64,000 nucleotides of DNA from an uncultured Phycisphaerales bacterium (GTDB lineage Bacteria; Planctomycetota; Phycisphaerae; Tepidisphaerales; Tepidisphaeraceae): positions 72,020 through 136,019 of the forward strand of contig CAIQIQ010000062.1 in the NCBI GenBank assembly GCA_903871935.1, given 5' to 3'. Position 1 is the first letter of the stretch; each line of letters opens with the position of its first letter. The notes beneath the pieces were generated by a model, which did no database searches, had not been told where the DNA came from, and saw only the letters and a list, made by a program, of their open reading frames with translations. Both the position numbers and the translations under genes were made by a program. Below, piece by piece: positions 46,391-57,020 of this stretch.

Positions 46391-47741
46391 TCAGACTTCA
46401 GCCCGTGCCGGCCGCACCTTGCTGGTGCTGGGCATCCTCGCCTTTGTGGGTCTGGTGATCTCGTTCGCGCTGCCCAAACCGGCCGAGCGCCTGTACCCCG
46501 AGCGAATCCCCGTGCGCTTCTGGCACATGTGGACGGCCGAATGGAAGGCTGTCGTCGATGACATCGCCGACCGCTTCAACAAGAGCCAGGACAAGTACGA
46601 AGTGATCGCCCTGTCGATCCCGCCCTCGGGAGGCGAAACCAAATTCGTACTGGCCGTCGCCGGCGGCGACCCACCGGACGTCATGGCTCAATGGAATCCG
46701 GTCATCCCAAGCTGGGTGGATTCTGGCCTGCTCCAGCCGCTGGATGAAATGATGCCACCCGCGCAATGGCGGCAGCTTCACAGCGACATGTACCCGATCG
46801 CCCGCAAGATCGGCATGTACAAGGACCACCTGTACGGCGTGACAGTGGGTCTGGACCTGTGGGCTTGTTACTATCGCCCCGATGACCTGCGGGCGGCCGG
46901 CGTTCCGGATGACCGCTTACCTCCAACACTGGAGGAGCTTTTCGCTCTTGGCGCTCGGCTCGACCGCTTTGACGATCACAAGAACCTGACCCATCTGGGC
47001 TTCCTGCCGGAGGGGTACCTCCACACCACCCCCCTCTTCGGCAACGGCTTTTATGATTGGGAATCCGGCAAGCTGACCATCTACACGCCCGATAATCTGC
47101 GAGCCCTGCAAACGCTCGCCGATGCATACCAGCGACTGGGTTTTGACAACGTCTCCCGATTTCAGGCAGGCATCGACCAAAGTAGTTTCTCGGCCGGCTG
47201 GCCGTTCATCAGCGGCCATTACTCCATCTGTGTCGATGGCCAGTGGCGCGTCGAGCAGCTCGCCCAATATGCCCCAAATCTGCAATACAAGACCGCCCCA
47301 CTCCCTGCTCCCACTGGCGGCCGCCCGCTAGCTAGCTTCGCCGGCGGCAACTTCATGATTATCCCCAAGGGCGCCCGCTGCCCGGCCGGCGCCTGGGAAT
47401 TCGTGAAATTCTGGTCCGGTATCGAGAATCCCGAGCGCGCTGCCGAACTGTATACCAAAGGCGGCTGGCTACCCCTGATGCCCGCCATCACCAATGCGCC
47501 TGCCTATCAGGCCTACCTGAAAAAGTACCCGCAGTTCAAGACGTTCGTGGACATGCTACCGTCAGAAAACATCCAGACCACCCCGCCAGTGCCCTACACC
47601 ATCTACCTGACCGATCGCGTCAGTGTCTGCGGCGACCTGGCGATGCGCGGCCTGCAGACATGCGAGGAGGCCCTGCGTGGCCTGGAAAAGGAGATCGCCC
47701 AAGAGCAAGCCCGCCGAAAGGAGTTTGGCTATGCCGACTGA
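46380..47741 (+). CDS. ABC transporter extracellular solute-binding protein (family 1, sugar-type)
   Basis: An N-terminal signal/anchor helix is followed by an approximately 420-aa periplasmic binding-protein fold. The gene sits between the two permease genes, overlapping both by 11 nt. Confidence 0.8.
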   Translation: MAIDQTSARAGRTLLVLGILAFVGLVISFALPKPAERLYPERIPVRFWHMWTAEWKAVVDDIADRFNKSQDKYEVIALSIPPSGGETKFVLAVAGGDPPDVMAQWNPVIPSWVDSGLLQPLDEMMPPAQWRQLHSDMYPIARKIGMYKDHLYGVTVGLDLWACYYRPDDLRAAGVPDDRLPPTLEELFALGARLDRFDDHKNLTHLGFLPEGYLHTTPLFGNGFYDWESGKLTIYTPDNLRALQTLADAYQRLGFDNVSRFQAGIDQSSFSAGWPFISGHYSICVDGQWRVEQLAQYAPNLQYKTAPLPAPTGGRPLASFAGGNFMIIPKGARCPAGAWEFVKFWSGIENPERAAELYTKGGWLPLMPAITNAPAYQAYLKKYPQFKTFVDMLPSENIQTTPPVPYTIYLTDRVSVCGDLAMRGLQTCEEALRGLEKEIAQEQARRKEFGYAD

Positions 47742-48678
47742 AGCACTCGCGACAGCACCGGTGGAGCCCCTCCACGCTCCTGAGCGACGGCCCGCCCGGC
47801 TCCGACCCTCGGTTGGCGGGACACCCACGCTCTCTCGCACCCAGAAACTCATCACGCATGCAGTGCTTCTGCTGCTGTGCGTGCCGTTTGTCCTGCCGTT
47901 GGTATGGATGCTCTGCACCAGCCTCAAGCCCGAGACTGATATCTACTCCGAGAAGCAGCCCGCCAACGCCGTGCAGTACCTCATCAGCATGCTGCCAGCG
48001 CACGCGCGATGGCAGAACTATCCCGAGGCTCTCCAGACAGTGCCGTTCGCAACCTACCTACAGAACACCCTGTTTCTATGTATCTGCAACGTCCTATTCG
48101 CGGTGCTGTCCAGCGCCGTTGTCGCCTATGGCTTTGCCCGAATCAACTTCAAAGGCCGCGAAGCCTGGTTCATGCTGATGATCTCGACGATGGCCCTGCC
48201 CGACCAGGTGACGATGATCCCCGTCTTTGGCTTCTTCCGGAAACTGGGTCTGTACGGCACTTTCATGCCGCTGATCCTGCCCGCTTTATTTGGCAACGCG
48301 TTCTTCATCTTTCTTCTGCGCCAGTTCTTCCGCACCATCCCCGATGAACTGACCGAGGCCGCCCGCATTGACGGCGCTACCGAATGGGGCATCTTCTGGC
48401 AAATCATGCTGCCCCTGGCCAAGCCCGCCTTGGCAACCTGCGCCCTGTTCCAGTTCCTCTCCACCTGGAACGACTTCTTCGGCCCCCTGCTCTACATCAA
48501 CGACCCCAACCGCTACACGCTGGCCTATGGCCTGCAGCAGTTCATGAGCAGCTACGGCGGCAAGTGGGCGCTACTAATGGCCGGTGCGTGCATCTTCACC
48601 ATCCCCATCATAATCCTCTTCTTCTTCGCTCAGAAGACCTTCATCCAAGGCATCAGCACAACCGGCTCCAAAGCATAG
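47731..48678 (+). CDS. Carbohydrate ABC transporter permease (UgpE/MalG-like)
   Basis: A GGAG RBS precedes the start. Six TM helices are present, with the EAA loop LTEAARIDGATEWGIFWQIMLPLAKPA. Confidence 0.85.
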   Translation: MPTEALATAPVEPLHAPERRPARLRPSVGGTPTLSRTQKLITHAVLLLLCVPFVLPLVWMLCTSLKPETDIYSEKQPANAVQYLISMLPAHARWQNYPEALQTVPFATYLQNTLFLCICNVLFAVLSSAVVAYGFARINFKGREAWFMLMISTMALPDQVTMIPVFGFFRKLGLYGTFMPLILPALFGNAFFIFLLRQFFRTIPDELTEAARIDGATEWGIFWQIMLPLAKPALATCALFQFLSTWNDFFGPLLYINDPNRYTLAYGLQQFMSSYGGKWALLMAGACIFTIPIIILFFFAQKTFIQGISTTGSKA

Positions 48679-48681
48679 CGT

Positions 48682-48725
48682 AAAAAGGGGTCGGGAGTCT
48701 TTTTAAAAGACTCCCGACCCCTTTA
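48682..48725. terminator. Perfect palindrome copy 2, likely bidirectional intrinsic terminator between convergent genes
   Basis: The same 13-bp stem as 45433..45475, but with the loop reverse-complemented (tttttaaaa). It begins 4 nt after the permease stop and ends 14 nt before the stop of the aldo/keto reductase gene on the opposite strand. Confidence 0.65.
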
Positions 48726-48738
48726 TTCAATCCACAGC

Positions 48739-49767
<1,029 letters not shown>

Positions 49768-49860
49768 AGTTGGCGGATCATAGCCGCACTAGGATGCACT
49801 TGGCCAGATCACCAGGATTAGAGCGTCCGCTCCAAGGCATGCACGCTATAATCGCATCAC

Positions 49861-50640
49861 ATGACCCGACTGACGCGCGAGGTGCGATTCGCCATTCCGC
49901 TGGCTGGAGAAACGCCTGCTGTGAACCCGCCCAACGGGCTGGCCGGCAATCTCACTGAGATGCCCGCCATGTACCTGACACTGCAGGTAACATTGTGTGG
50001 CACGGTGAATCCAGAGAGCAACTACGTCGAGAACATCAAGACCATCGACGAGGTCGTGCGATCGACGGTCGTTCCCACGCTCACGCGCCTCGTCCAGGAT
50101 GGACACTACACGCTGATCCGCGCCACGCAGGCGGCCGGCGCGATTCTGCACGCAAGGTGGGCACAGCAGTTCGTGCGCGTGCGGCTTTCGCCTTGTATGT
50201 ACTTCTGGTGCGAAGTGGCTGATCAGGAGCAAACCATGGTGCATCTGACGCAACGTTTTGAGTTCTCCGCCGCCCATCGACTAAACAATCCAGACTTGAG
50301 TGAGCAGCGCAATCACGAAGTCTTTGGCAAGTGCAATAACCCGGCCGGTCATGGGCACAACTATGAGTTTGAGGTCACGCTTGCCGGCACCGTCGGCAAT
50401 GCAGAGCACCTGATCGATCTGGACGAGTTCACGGGGATTGTGAATCAACTGGTAGTCGACCGCTTTGATCACCGGAACCTGAATGTGGAGACGAGCGAGT
50501 TCGCGTCGGTCATTCCGTCGGTGGAGAACATCGCCAGGGTGATCCACGATCTGCTGGCAGATCAGTTTGCCGCTCCGGTTCGACTGCACCGCGTGCGCGT
50601 CTGGGAGACAGGGAAAACCTGGGCGGAATACGTGCCGTAG
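49861..50640 (+). CDS. 6-pyruvoyl-tetrahydropterin synthase family protein (QueD-like), apparently tandem-domain
   Basis: The C-terminal half has CNNPAGHGHNYEFEVTLAG and the FEFSAAHRL motif. The N-terminal half has a similar beta-alpha pattern. A TATAAT box lies 11 nt upstream of the ATG. Confidence 0.7.
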   Translation: MTRLTREVRFAIPLAGETPAVNPPNGLAGNLTEMPAMYLTLQVTLCGTVNPESNYVENIKTIDEVVRSTVVPTLTRLVQDGHYTLIRATQAAGAILHARWAQQFVRVRLSPCMYFWCEVADQEQTMVHLTQRFEFSAAHRLNNPDLSEQRNHEVFGKCNNPAGHGHNYEFEVTLAGTVGNAEHLIDLDEFTGIVNQLVVDRFDHRNLNVETSEFASVIPSVENIARVIHDLLADQFAAPVRLHRVRVWETGKTWAEYVP

Positions 50641-50643
50641 CGA

Positions 50644-50976
50644 CTACCACATCGCCAGCAGCCAGTAGATCATGATGGGGAAGGCGAAGAAGCCGACCAA
50701 GCCGTTAAGCCACAGCGCGCCCTGGACAACGCGTTTGTCTTCTTTGCGCCAGATGAGCGAGGCGATGGCCAGGCCAGTGCCGACAGTGCAGACGGGCACG
50801 GCGGACAGAATGAGCACGCCGACCTGCCCTTTCCAGCCCATCACCTTGCCCAGACTCATGCCGACCACGATCGCCAACACCATGGCAATGCCAAACATCC
50901 AGGAGAGCACTGCCAGAACCGGCGCGTGCTGGGGTTTGACGACCGCTGCTTCTGTTTGCTGCATCATTTGCTCCAT
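50644..50976 (-). CDS. Small membrane protein (3 TM helices)
   Basis: A 110-aa ORF lying 10 nt downstream of sucC on the same strand. Three hydrophobic helices are present. Confidence 0.45.
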   Translation of the reverse strand: MEQMMQQTEAAVVKPQHAPVLAVLSWMFGIAMVLAIVVGMSLGKVMGWKGQVGVLILSAVPVCTVGTGLAIASLIWRKEDKRVVQGALWLNGLVGFFAFPIMIYWLLAMW

Positions 50977-50985
50977 GCCATACGG

Positions 50986-52164
50986 TCAGGCAGCCTTCTT
51001 TACGGCCGCAACCACTTTCCTCGCTGCATCTTCCAGATCATCGGCGATAACCAGTGTGGGCAGAGCGCCCTTGGCAGCCGCGAGGATCTCGCGGGCACGC
51101 TGCACATTCGTGCCCTCAAGGCGCACGACCACCGGCAGCTTGAACCCGACCTGCTGGCCGGCCTGCACCAGCGCTTCGGCAATCAGGTCACACTTGGCAA
51201 TGCCGCCAAAGATGTTCACCAACACACCCTTGACCTTCGCATCCGACAGGATAATCCGAAACGCCTCGACCGCGCCATCGGCCGTTACCGATCCGCCAAC
51301 ATCAAGGAAATTGGCCGGCTCAGCGCCATGCAGCTTGATGATATCCATGGTCGCCATCGCCAACCCGGCGCCATTCACGAGACAGCCAATCGTGCCATCG
51401 AGGGCGATGTAATTCAGGTTGGCTTTGCGCGCTCGCACATCCAGCGGCTTTTCCTGGCTCTCGTCGCCCATCGCCTCAACATCCCTATGCCGGAACGAGG
51501 CGTTGTCATCCACATTCACCTTCGCATCAAGAGCCAGCAGCTTGCCTTCCTTGGTCAGCACCAGCGGGTTGATCTCAGCCAGCGAGGCATCGTACTTGTA
51601 GAACGCTTTGCCCAGCGCGGTGACCAGTTTGGCAGCATCTCGCGCCAGGGCGCCCTCGAAGCCGAGGCGAGCCGCGATGTCGCCGGCCATAAACGGCAGC
51701 AAACCCATCGTCGGATGCAGCGGCACCTTGATGATCTTCTCGGGCGTCTTCTTCGCCACTTCCTCGATCTCAACGCCGCCTTCGGCCGACGCGATCAATG
51801 TCGCGGTGTTCTTCGAGCGGTCAACGGTGATGGAAATATAGTATTCCTTGGCAATCTCGACGGCCGGGGTGATCATGATGACCGTTACCGGGACACCTTC
51901 TGGTCCGGTCTGGACGGAGACCATGCGGTTTCCGAGCATGAACTTGGCGGCGTCGCGTACCTCCTGTTCGGTCTTGACGAGTTTGACGAACCCGGCTTTG
52001 CCGCGCCCGCCAGCATAGACCTGAGCCTTGACGACACAGGAACTGATACCCAGCTTGCGATAGCCCTCGACGGCCTCGTCGATGGACCTTGCCACCTGAG
52101 ATGGCAGGAAAGCAACTCCAGTAGCAGTCAACAGTTCCCGCGCCTGATACTCATGGATCTTCAT
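50986..52164 (-). CDS. sucC: Succinate--CoA ligase [ADP-forming] subunit beta
   Basis: MKIHEYQARELL, the ATP-grasp N-terminus and the C-terminal CoA-ligase domain (GGIAKCD) are present. No sucD lies downstream. Confidence 0.95.
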   Translation of the reverse strand: MKIHEYQARELLTATGVAFLPSQVARSIDEAVEGYRKLGISSCVVKAQVYAGGRGKAGFVKLVKTEQEVRDAAKFMLGNRMVSVQTGPEGVPVTVIMITPAVEIAKEYYISITVDRSKNTATLIASAEGGVEIEEVAKKTPEKIIKVPLHPTMGLLPFMAGDIAARLGFEGALARDAAKLVTALGKAFYKYDASLAEINPLVLTKEGKLLALDAKVNVDDNASFRHRDVEAMGDESQEKPLDVRARKANLNYIALDGTIGCLVNGAGLAMATMDIIKLHGAEPANFLDVGGSVTADGAVEAFRIILSDAKVKGVLVNIFGGIAKCDLIAEALVQAGQQVGFKLPVVVRLEGTNVQRAREILAAAKGALPTLVIADDLEDAARKVVAAVKKAA

Positions 52165-52352
52165 CGTCTAGTTTTCCTATAAGCCAACTGAACGATCCCA
52201 TTATAGCCTGTTGTTGGATCGGCTGCATGCCATCGCTAGAGCTTCTCCGCAGGCCATTTCGCGCATCAGATCACAGGCACCGCCCGAGCGTGGAAACGCG
52301 GACAGGGATCCAGCCATTGGTCAGCCGGTAGCTGCAAGGCTATAACAGTGCC

Positions 52353-52850
52353 ATGCCACAAGAATCCTCATTCGATATCACCTCCGAGATCAACCTTCAG
52401 GAGATGGATAATGCCGTGAACCAAGCCGTGAAAGAGATCGCCACGCGCTATGACTTCAAGGGGTCGGCCGCCGGACTTGAGTTCGACCGCAAAGCGAAGG
52501 AGCTCAAACTCACGGCCCATGCCGAACCGCAACTGGAGGCGGTGAAGAGCGTCCTGCTGAGCAAGATGATCAAGCGCGGCGTTGATGCCCGGGTGCTGGA
52601 CCCGCAGAAACTCGAACAGGCCACCCACAAGACCGTCCGCCAACTTTACAAGCTCAAGAGCGGCATTGACAAGGAAACGGCCAAATCGATCCAGAAAGCA
52701 ATCAAGGAACTGAAGCTGAAGGTCAACGCCTCAATCCAAGGCGATTCGCTGCGCGTCAGCGGCAACAAGAAAGATGATCTGCAGGCGGTGATCCAGTATC
52801 TGCGAACCAACCCGCCGGAGATCCCGCTGCAGTTCACGAATTTCCGGTGA
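52353..52850 (+). CDS. yajQ: YajQ-family (UPF0234) nucleotide/c-di-GMP-binding protein
   Basis: SFDITSEINLQEMDNAVNQAVKEIATRYDFKG is diagnostic of the family. Length is 165 aa. Confidence 0.85.
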   Translation: MPQESSFDITSEINLQEMDNAVNQAVKEIATRYDFKGSAAGLEFDRKAKELKLTAHAEPQLEAVKSVLLSKMIKRGVDARVLDPQKLEQATHKTVRQLYKLKSGIDKETAKSIQKAIKELKLKVNASIQGDSLRVSGNKKDDLQAVIQYLRTNPPEIPLQFTNFR

Positions 52851-52896
52851 GAGGGTCATCGAGTGAACCGGCGTGTATCGCCGCCCGAAAGCTTCT

Positions 52897-54636
52897 CTAC
52901 TTCTCTCTGCGTTTGGCCTTCTTGCCCTGATGGGTCACACGTTTGGCCGCTTCTTTTGCCTCCGCCTCGCGGCGCGACTTGACGGTCGCCTCGGCGATGC
53001 AGCGGTCATGCCAAGCCGTGTAGTTGCCTTCAAAATCGACCACGGCCGGCGGCTGCAGCACCAGCAGCCGCGTGGTGATCTTATCGAGGAAGTAGCGATC
53101 GTGGCTGACGCATAGGATCGTGCCCTGGAAGTCGCAGAGGGTCCGCTCCAATGCTTCGCAGGCGGCGATGTCCAGATGGTTGGTCGGTTCGTCCATGACC
53201 AGGACGTTGGGCTTGTCCATCAGAAGCTGCGCCAGGCGCACACGGGCTTTCTCGCCGCCGGAGAGAACGCTGATGGGCTTGTCGGCCTGATCCTTGGGCA
53301 GCAGCAGGCTGCCAAGCAGGTCATAGATCACCTGTGGATGGCACTTGCGCCCCTCGGCCACCTCCTCGAACGCGGTGCGACCTTCGTGGAGATTCTTCAG
53401 GTTCTGGTCGTAGTAACCGATGCTGATATTGGCGCCCCAGCGGACGCTGCCCCGGTCGGCTTCGCGCCGACCAACGAGCGTCTCCAGCAGCGTGCTCTTG
53501 CCTGAACCATTCGGGCCGATCATGCCAACCCGTTCGCCCCGGGTCATATCGAAAGCAAAGCCATCCCAGAGCTTTCGGTTTCCGTAGCTCTTGCTCAGAT
53601 CGCGCACGGTCAGCAGCCGGTCGCCCGCGCGCTGATCGGTGTTGAAGCTGAGGTAGACCTTCTTTTCCTCGCGCACCTGCCCCACCATGGCATCGCTTTC
53701 CTTGAGGCGATTGAGGATCTTCTCGCGGCCTTTGGCTTCCTTGGAGCGCTGGCCGGCCTTGAACCGACGGATGAACTCCTCGGTCTTGGCGATGTGCGAC
53801 TGCTGGTTCTCGTAGGCCCGCTCCTGGGTCAGCTCCATCAGCTCGCGCTGTTCGACGAAATGGGAATAGTTACCATCGAACGTCATCATTTTGGCATAGT
53901 GAAGCCACGCAATGCGGGTGGCGAGACGATCGAGCAGGTAGCGGTCATGGCTGATGATCAGCACCGCGCCCTTGAAGTCGGCCAGATAGGATTCCAGCCA
54001 TTCGACGGCCGCCAGATCCAGGTGGTTGGTTGGCTCGTCCATGAGCAGTATATCGGGCTCTCCGATCAGTAACCTGGCTAACGCCAGTCGCGACCGCTGT
54101 CCGCCCGAAAGCGTCTCAACCGTCTGTTCCCAAGTCTCTTCGTTGAGGCCGACGCCGTGCAGCGTAGCTTCCAGACGGTGCCGCCAGGCATACCCGCCGG
54201 CCAGCTCGAATGCATGCTGAACATGCTGGTACTTCCCAAGCACCTTCTCAAGCTCATCGCCCAAGACATGCGCCATCTGATGCTCCAGATCGCGCAGGCG
54301 ATGAGACAGGTCATGCAGCTCTGAAAACGCCAGCTCGGCCTCGTCAATGACGGTATTGCCGGGGGCAAACGTGGGATTCTGCTCGAGATACCCGACGCTG
54401 ACTCCCTTGCGAATGGAGGCGACACCATCATCGGGGGGCACCTCGCCCAGCAGGATACGCAGCATTGTGCTCTTGCCGCTGCCGTTGGCGCCGATCATGC
54501 CGATGCGCTGCCCGCGGTGGATGCTCAGGTTCAGCTTCTCAAACAGAGCCTTGTGTCCAAAGCTCTTATTCACATTGTTCAACGTCGCAATCGGCATAGG
54601 GGCGGGGAGTGTACCGGAAACAGGCAATAGTGACAC
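52897..54636 (-). CDS. ABC-F family ATPase (two ABC domains, no TM domain)
   Basis: Two Walker A motifs (GANGSGKST, GPNGSGKST), two LSGG signatures and a linker between the domains are present. Length is 579 aa. Confidence 0.9.
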   Translation of the reverse strand: MSLLPVSGTLPAPMPIATLNNVNKSFGHKALFEKLNLSIHRGQRIGMIGANGSGKSTMLRILLGEVPPDDGVASIRKGVSVGYLEQNPTFAPGNTVIDEAELAFSELHDLSHRLRDLEHQMAHVLGDELEKVLGKYQHVQHAFELAGGYAWRHRLEATLHGVGLNEETWEQTVETLSGGQRSRLALARLLIGEPDILLMDEPTNHLDLAAVEWLESYLADFKGAVLIISHDRYLLDRLATRIAWLHYAKMMTFDGNYSHFVEQRELMELTQERAYENQQSHIAKTEEFIRRFKAGQRSKEAKGREKILNRLKESDAMVGQVREEKKVYLSFNTDQRAGDRLLTVRDLSKSYGNRKLWDGFAFDMTRGERVGMIGPNGSGKSTLLETLVGRREADRGSVRWGANISIGYYDQNLKNLHEGRTAFEEVAEGRKCHPQVIYDLLGSLLLPKDQADKPISVLSGGEKARVRLAQLLMDKPNVLVMDEPTNHLDIAACEALERTLCDFQGTILCVSHDRYFLDKITTRLLVLQPPAVVDFEGNYTAWHDRCIAEATVKSRREAEAKEAAKRVTHQGKKAKRREK

Positions 54637-54687
54637 CCGAAGGCAAAAGCCGACGACGGATCGCCCACACCGTGGCAGGCTGTGCCA

Positions 54688-56997
54688 TCACCGAGTCGGC
54701 GGGCCCACTCGTACGATGGCCGCCTCAATCTGCTTGGCAGCGTTGGCATCGTGCTGCTGGGCGTCGCGGATGAGCATGGCAATCTGCAGGCGAACCGATG
54801 GTTCAGCCACCTTCTCATACTTATCGCCGCCCAGCTCATTGATCTTCCACATCAGATCGTGGATAGCGCGGAAGTCGGCAGCCGCGGCCAGAAGTTCAGT
54901 TTTCGCCTCGGACAGGGCGCGGGCCGAAAGCTCCATAAACCGTTCGGTGGTGTGGCGGCGCTCGGCCAGATCCCAGATCACCGGGTCGAGCAGTCCCTGC
55001 AGCTCCTTAACGCCGCCTGTGCCGATGGGGTAATCGCGATCAAAAGGCTTGGCCCAGACCTCGTAGAGCGCCGGCCCGGCATGATAGCCACCATCCACCC
55101 GCCGTTGCAGCAACTCCACGCCACGCTGCAGCGCCCGAAGGTAAATGGCTCGCTCATCGCGCTGCTCCAGCCGTTGACCGATAACGACCACCGAATCGAC
55201 ATGGCCGAACCAGTCACGATACTTCTCCAGTTTCTCGGGCTCAAAGAGGATGGAGGAAGACCGGCCTCCGCCGCTCCAGCCATACAGGGCGGCGGCATCC
55301 TGCTCATATCCAGTAACCACCGTATATCGCTCGGGGCCGCTCAGGCCATGCATGATGACCGGGCAGGCATCATTGCTGATCGCCTGTGCAATTCGCCGAC
55401 GCAGCGCTTCGAGCGCAAATGCCTCGGATGACTGCCCGTCATCGGGACGGATGAACACGTCGCCGGAATACCCAGCAGCTTCGAGTGCGCGGCGATAGGC
55501 CATCTCACGCTCCGGGGCTGTGAAGCGACGAAAGATGTCCAGGCGCTGGCCTTCCACGGTAATGTTGATCCCGGTCAGAAAAGCATCGCCACAGGCACCG
55601 GCAAACAGCGTATAGGCATCGTTGGTGCTGAAGCCCTCACGGATGCTTCGGCCGAAATTTTCGCCCAGGACATCCATTGCCGCACGAAAGGCGATGGGGA
55701 TTGGGGTGGCCTCGATCTGCCACTTCGCGCCGCGAGTCATCTCGCTGGGGGTGGGAGTTCGGATCTGCCCACGCTGCGGAAGCTGTGGTGGCACGGCCAG
55801 CGCCTTCTCCAGTTGGATTACCGCCTTCAGTTCTGTGGCATGGGCAGCGCGGATCTCCTGCGCAAAGAGCGCCCGTGTATCTCGGTTGGCCAGAGCCGCT
55901 TCCATGTCCTCGCGGACGAGGTTTATGCCGTGCCCTGCCACTTCATCGAGCAGATTGGCGGCCAATGCCAGGGTCTCCATCGATTCGGGAGTTGATGCGG
56001 AAGACTGCCGGAGGAAGTAGGCTGCGCCCGCGCGATCGCGCAGCACTGCGACCTGGCTGAGATGCACCTTCGCCCGCAGTTTCATCACCTCAGGTTTATC
56101 TGATGGGAAAAGTGATGCATCTTCCAGCATCGCCGCCCATGCCCGGGTTCCTTCCAGACCACATACATAGCCGGGAAGTTCCGGCCGCTTAGCCTTGCGT
56201 TCTAGGTCAATCGCATACTTCAGCGTGGTTGCGAGCACGTCGCGTTCGGGTGGGAATCGCCCCTTGTGCACGCCTGGCAACAGCAGCCCCGCATCCGGCA
56301 CCTTTTGAATTGCATCAGTCCATCCTTCCCAAACCTGCGTCGGCTGACCATCGCCCTGCTCGGGCGCGTATCCGATGAGCACATTGCCATCTTGCTCATA
56401 TCCCGTGATGACACTGGCTTGCCTTGAGCCTGCCCATCCGAATGCAATGGCCGGCCGGCCACCATCGATCGCTTCGCAAACTGCAGCCCGCAGCGCTGCG
56501 GGCTGCTGTGGCACCAATTGATCGTCGATTGCCAGAACCCAACAGGCCCGGCGCAGCGGTTCAGGTCCAAACAGGCGAGGATCATCTCCGGGCGAATCCG
56601 CCCGGAAAGCGCGGCGGAACCCCGCCCCCGAGGCCCCTACCAGATAGTCGTAATCACAGCGCAAACCCTGTTGCTGCATGCATGCCCGCAATGCTGCAAA
56701 AAGCGTTGAAGAGCCCTGAGGGCGAGGAACAGCAGCAAGTACGGCACGGGCGCCGGCCGGCGATGTCGTCGTGGTGGACACTCGCCCCACCGTCTTGGCG
56801 AGTTGCCCCATCGTGCCCATCAGATAGCCATAGGCCCAGTAGAGGACTACGAACGCCACAGCGATGACCACTGACAGAAGAACCTGCTTGTTGATGCCAC
56901 GGCCCACCGCGATCATCCTGGCCCGCCACGAACTGCTGGAGGTATGTTTGCTCAATGGTGCTTTCCGAATCACGAACCTGCGGAATTCTACTGCCAA
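54688..56997 (-). CDS. Large hypothetical protein with N-terminal TM anchor and internally duplicated ~300-aa module
   Basis: A TM helix (VLLSVVIAVAFVVLYWAYGY) is followed by two homologous halves sharing the motifs ...AIAFGWAGSRQASVITGYEQDGNVLIGY... and ...PVIMHGLSGPERYTVVTGYEQDAAALYGW.... It may be a BtrH_N/C39-peptidase-like fold, which is uncertain. Confidence 0.55.
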   Translation of the reverse strand: MAVEFRRFVIRKAPLSKHTSSSSWRARMIAVGRGINKQVLLSVVIAVAFVVLYWAYGYLMGTMGQLAKTVGRVSTTTTSPAGARAVLAAVPRPQGSSTLFAALRACMQQQGLRCDYDYLVGASGAGFRRAFRADSPGDDPRLFGPEPLRRACWVLAIDDQLVPQQPAALRAAVCEAIDGGRPAIAFGWAGSRQASVITGYEQDGNVLIGYAPEQGDGQPTQVWEGWTDAIQKVPDAGLLLPGVHKGRFPPERDVLATTLKYAIDLERKAKRPELPGYVCGLEGTRAWAAMLEDASLFPSDKPEVMKLRAKVHLSQVAVLRDRAGAAYFLRQSSASTPESMETLALAANLLDEVAGHGINLVREDMEAALANRDTRALFAQEIRAAHATELKAVIQLEKALAVPPQLPQRGQIRTPTPSEMTRGAKWQIEATPIPIAFRAAMDVLGENFGRSIREGFSTNDAYTLFAGACGDAFLTGINITVEGQRLDIFRRFTAPEREMAYRRALEAAGYSGDVFIRPDDGQSSEAFALEALRRRIAQAISNDACPVIMHGLSGPERYTVVTGYEQDAAALYGWSGGGRSSSILFEPEKLEKYRDWFGHVDSVVVIGQRLEQRDERAIYLRALQRGVELLQRRVDGGYHAGPALYEVWAKPFDRDYPIGTGGVKELQGLLDPVIWDLAERRHTTERFMELSARALSEAKTELLAAAADFRAIHDLMWKINELGGDKYEKVAEPSVRLQIAMLIRDAQQHDANAAKQIEAAIVRVGPPTR

Positions 56998-57020
56998 TCA
57001 AGACGAACGCTATCGTCACA

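Noticed and set aside
50926-52182. 418-aa ORF on the plus strand
   Set aside because: It is antisense to sucC.
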